DNA from: the human T2T-CHM13v2.0 reference genome, Homo sapiens
Assembly (NCBI RefSeq): GCF_009914755.1
Contig: NC_060933.1
Length of the DNA: 64,000 nucleotides
Reading direction: 5' to 3' (one strand)
Part shown: positions 59,400 to 64,000 of the stretch, piece by piece
Position numbering within the stretch: the stretch's first letter is position 1
Layout: each line of letters begins with the position of its first letter
The notes under the pieces: model-generated
What the model saw: only the letters and a program-made list of their open reading frames with translations
Database searches by the model: none
What the model was told of the DNA's origin: nothing
Translations under genes and position numbers: made by a program

Positions 59400-59940
59400 G
59401 GGCCATTCTCTGTTCCACACTCTATTTCCCCTCTTTTTTTAGTTTGGCCATGCTTCCAGTTCTTGGTGCAATATTGTAAGAATGATGTTGACAAACAACG
59501 CATTTTAAGATGAATGAGTGATTAAGGGTCTAAAACCTATATCAGTTGAAGAATGGCTGGCATACCTATGCATATTTAATTTCTCAAGTGAAACCATAGG
59601 GAAGAACGATGTGTTCAGTGTTTTAGCACATTTAAGAGACTGCTAAATAGAACAGAGATTAGAATACATCTGTGAAACTTTGATAAGACAGGATGAATGG
59701 GTGAACATTAAAACAAAGTAGATTTTGTTTCAATTATAAGGATAGAGTCTAAAAAGAAAAGAAAATAGAAGGAAAAAACAGAGACTGAACCACATTTTTA
59801 AAAAATGACATGAATGCTCAAGAAGACATTGTCAAAAATTGTAGAAAAAATTTTTATATTAAGTTGGAAGATATGCTAAATCTCCAAAAGGATCCATCAA
59901 CCACAAAGATTCTAGAATCCTCAATATATAGGCTAGAATC
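59400..59940 (+). mobile_element. L3/CR1 fragment
   Basis: 'ccagttcttggtgcaatattgtaagaatgatgttgacaaac...aagggtctaaaacctatatcagttgaagaatggctg'. Confidence 0.6.
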
Positions 59941-61527
59941 AGAGTAATAGGAAAAAAAGTTGGACAGTCTTTCATATGCTCCATTGGGTGTTAACATTCT
60001 CTGCTCTTCTGTCAATAACACCTACATGATTATATTTTCTAAAATTACTATACCTCATTCTTGGTCATGTCCTACCATACCATAAGGAAATATTATCTGA
60101 ATATTGTTACTAGATGAAGGGATGTCTTTTTCCATGCAGAATTTCCTGTAAAGTCATATTTTAATTTTTTCAGCATAAATTGTATGTGTGCACATGCACA
60201 TGAGCATGCTTTAATTCTTTCAAAGTATAGAGAAAGAGATACACAGATGTCACTTTGTGGATTTCTTGTTTTCTTTTTGAATGATGATAAATTGGGTTCA
60301 ATAAGTTGTATTTTGGGCATGATACCCTCAGCCTAGAAGCATAGTAAATCATTACCTGATTATAACCCATTATACTTGCTCTAAGAATCCCCCATAAACA
60401 CAGCAATGTTTATATCATAAAGGGACATCTTTATAATGATTCATAGGACAAACTTCTCTCAGGTCTCAATCTTCACAATATGAATGTATTTCATCTTTAT
60501 TAATATTCTGAATTTTTTAACATATGAATTATAAGAATGTTTGATTCCTCATATTTCTCCTTTTACACTGGATACCAAAAATTCAGAGATAAATTGGTGA
60601 TCCACTAGTCATAACTTTGATTTTAAATATTATGTCACCCTAGCTTTATCTTACTGCTTTTCAGTTCTTATTTTTCCATTTGCCAATCTCTTTTCACTTT
60701 AAAAAAATTCTGTTAGATTTTATTTTATTATCATTAATACTTTTTGGAACAACCTGGACATTTAATAAATAAATATATAGATGAATAAATAAATAAATTA
60801 CATATCAAATAAATGTGTCATTCACAACTTCTCAATGCTATAGAAACTTTACACAAGCCTACTGTAGCATCTAAAAGAAAGATTAAAAATTAGTATTTTT
60901 TTCAGAACAGCTTAGAGTAGTACCATGCTCCTATTTTATATTCATTATTTTCACTATGGAAACTTTGTCTCATAACTCCTCTTTCTCCTCCTTCAATGCC
61001 AACAAATTTCTCACTGTGAGGGCAATGATGCTGTCATAGTGAGACTCTGTGGAACTGTTTTCTCCTATGGAGTAGTCTTCATGTGCACCTGAACATGTTA
61101 CTATGCAAACCCTATCCTTTAAGACAGAAGAAAATAGCCCTTTAAATTAACTCTTTGCATATCGAAAACACTAGGCTCAACAAATCCAACTATAGAATGC
61201 CTAAGTTTTCTTCACTCTATAGCTTGTGTAATGAACTTTATAGCCATTATAACTCTATTCCAGGCCATGCATGACCATAACTTAGGAAACAGGATAATGG
61301 TGGGAGCTGTGCTGTTTTTGTCTGTACACATTCTAATCAATCAAGGGAAGCCAAGACAATTTTTCAAGAGTTGAAAATAGACAGGAGTCAATTACTTTTA
61401 TAGGAAAACTGAATTGTTTCTTAAGGCCTCTACATAAAATATTTATTCAGCATGACTAATTGCTGATTGAAAATAATTCTATGGAAAAGAAATTGCTTAT
61501 TCTGGATGCAAGGAGGATAAAGCCAGT

Positions 61528-61566
61528 AGCTTATATTTTGTCCATTTCTTTTGCTTACAGGTAAGT
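61528..61566 (+). other. juxtaposed 3' splice site and 5' splice site (candidate recursive splice site)
   Basis: ttatattttgtccatttcttttgcttaCAG|GTAAGT in non-repeat sequence; no other AG in the 29 nt before the acceptor AG. Confidence 0.4.
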
Positions 61567-61896
61567 GGGTATTTACTTATTTAACAAAGTTAATGTAACT
61601 TAGATGAAATATGTTTTCCCCTGAGGTATTATGCTTTGCTATAAAGAAATATCAAAGAAATTTAAATGTGTTCTCAATTAAATGCATTGGCCCAGATTCC
61701 AGAGCTGAGCTGAATTTCTCAAATTATAGCTCAAATGCATCAATCTTCCTATGAAGTTTATTGTTCTGTAAGGGAATTGGCTAAGAGAAACTTCAACACT
61801 GGTGGGCTTTAAGGATGCAGTAATAGCTCTTGAATGACCATCATCATAGAAAATGGTTTGAGATAGAGATTAAATTTGACTTAAACTCCTTCAATA

Positions 61897-61936
61897 TGCA
61901 CAGGTCAAAGGACTCTGCACAGGTCAAAGGATTCTG
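61897..61936. repeat. 19-bp tandem duplication
   Basis: tgcacaggtcaaaggactc / tgcacaggtcaaaggattc. Confidence 0.9.
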
Positions 61937-64000
61937 AGATTTTCCTTTAAGAGAAAAATCTCAAACCAAGTGATAATAATAAAACACCTCCATAAGAATG
62001 ATGTCTGGCTAATTTCACCCAGAAAATATCATGACATTTAAGCCCAAAGTGACTGGTAAAATCTTTCTCTTTTTGATTAAAACAGCAGCCTTCGATAAAC
62101 AACACATTGGATCTTCAAGTCTCTGGTCACTATTCTTAGTTGGTGTTTTGTTTTGTTTGTTGTTTCTTTAATTCACCTTGGGATCCTTGTGCTGTGGCTT
62201 TCTCACTAACATTGTCACTTTTCTAAGCCACAGCATCCAATGCAGCTTCCCTCATTATTCCCGGTATTGCTATTTCGTGTCAGCTTCAAAAATGGAAGCA
62301 CACAAGGAAAGACATGTTCATGCTGTGTGTGTCTTGGTTCCATAGCCCTTACAGGGTTGATTCGTATGGAAATCCTAACTGTAGGAATAATATTTCAGTG
62401 AGAGAAAGATGCAGAAAAATCTTTATTGATGAGTAAAGGGCTAGGTCATTGCATTCACATCTATCCCACTGCAAATGAAATCTACAATTTAAATGGCACA
62501 CCCTGTAAATTCAGCCATGAGGATGCCAGATAGGCAGATTCTGGCTGCCCCATTGGGTGTGTCAGATACTTGAATTCCTCAGTTGTTTTCTACCCACAGA
62601 GATAGCACCATAGTGTTTTATTTAATTGTTTCCCATAATATCAGCTGCCTGAAGGTAACACTTCTACATATTATGATAAATTATGGAGGATACCATATGT
62701 GGTTAGGCTAGCCGTGTCTTAACGAGCAGGTATAGGCAGTAGTTATGTTAATACTTCTCTATCTGTCATTTATAGGAAAGAGTCATCAGTGGCAGCAAAA
62801 TTTCTCTGTGCTACCATTCATGTTGTCTTTTACTCTTCTACATAGCAATTAATATAAATTCTAAGGGCCTTTACCTAAGGTGCTCTATTTTTTTTTTCAC
62901 TGTGGTAGTGTGTAGGCTAGTTTGTCTGTGATTGTGCAATTTGGTCACAATGTCTCTTTACAATCAACTAAAACACAGCTATGGTCCTTGAGCAAGTATA
63001 TTAAAACAGCAGACATTTATATAATGCACACAACAGGAAGCATAAAAAGGGAAAAGGAAAACATTCTTTGTTTAGATGTATCTTGAAATGTAAGTAAGAA
63101 CACAGTGTGTATTTGATCTCTTTAAAACTTCACATTACTTTGTGTAGTTACCAGCTTGAATTGTAAATGTATTTTTATTCTTATGGAAAACGTCTTAGAA
63201 AAACAATAAATCATGCTAGACTTGAACATGTCACTTTCTTACCTGTGTTTGTCATTTTGAATATTTGTCATGAGTGAGGCTACAGTTTCCCTTATGGGAC
63301 TCATATTTATAAAATTCTGTGCTGTTAATGCAGGTCCTCAAATTAAAATGAATTAGTTTTTTTTTTTAAATAAAATGGGGGTTAAAGCAAAATCACCCTA
63401 GTATACTCACTAGATACTCACTGTACCTCATTGCAATGTGAAATCTCTGTTTCCCCAAAACACATGTATTTTTCTCATTAGAAAAGATATTTTTCAATGA
63501 CTTGGAAGCTGAGCATAAGAGGGAAGAAGTAGTGAAACGAAAGTAGTTTCAGGACCAAGGGATGTCACTTGGGGTTTATTATTTGCCTAGGGATCCACCT
63601 TATATTTTTCTCATCAGATTGCATGCACACGTAAGTTTAATTGTCTTACAAGGCACCCTTATGAAATTTAGCACGTTACTGTCTCCCTGGGTGGGTAAGT
63701 CAATCCACCATGACAAAAGGAGCATTTGAAGAGGCAAGTAACTTTTCAAAATCAATACAATATACCTAATCTTGTTAGGGCAAAAGAAGATCAACTTTAT
63801 TCAATGCTGGATTGAGTAATTAGACAAGAATAGGACTGCAATTTAATTAACTTAGCATATCTGCCTTGTATCTGACATGGCAATATTTCTTGACATATGG
63901 AAATTAGAGACTTTCTTAATTATTCTCCAAGGAGAAAAAACAAAAAAAAATGTGTATTTGCTAGCTACATTTTAATTTTAATTGAAGTTTCTGTGATAAT

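Overview
This is AT-rich, CpG-poor primate DNA (human or great ape, judged from AluY and L1PA2 copies) that looks intronic or intergenic. I can support no host protein-coding gene, RNA gene or CpG island, and every recognisable ORF in the track is an L1 ORF2 remnant or an Alu read-through. A large share of the window is transposon-derived: 11 Alus, 5 primate-specific L1s, older L1M/HAL1/L2/L3/MIR fragments, an LTR8 nested inside another ERV1 solo LTR, LTR16/MLT1 LTRs, and Tigger, MER5 and mariner DNA elements. The most interesting signals are three. (1) A near-textbook recursive-splice-site motif lies in unique sequence on the + strand (long pyrimidine tract, CAG|GTAAGT at 61531-61566). (2) Three 5'-inverted (twin-primed) L1s lie within 14 kb, including a ~135-bp L1PA2 whose inverted piece is only 21 nt and still shows the priming microhomology in its target-site duplication (TSD). 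(3) Several template-switch scars and local duplications are present. Repeat subfamily names and consensus comparisons come from memory and need RepeatMasker/Dfam confirmation; boundaries of old repeats are approximate. I cannot identify the locus.
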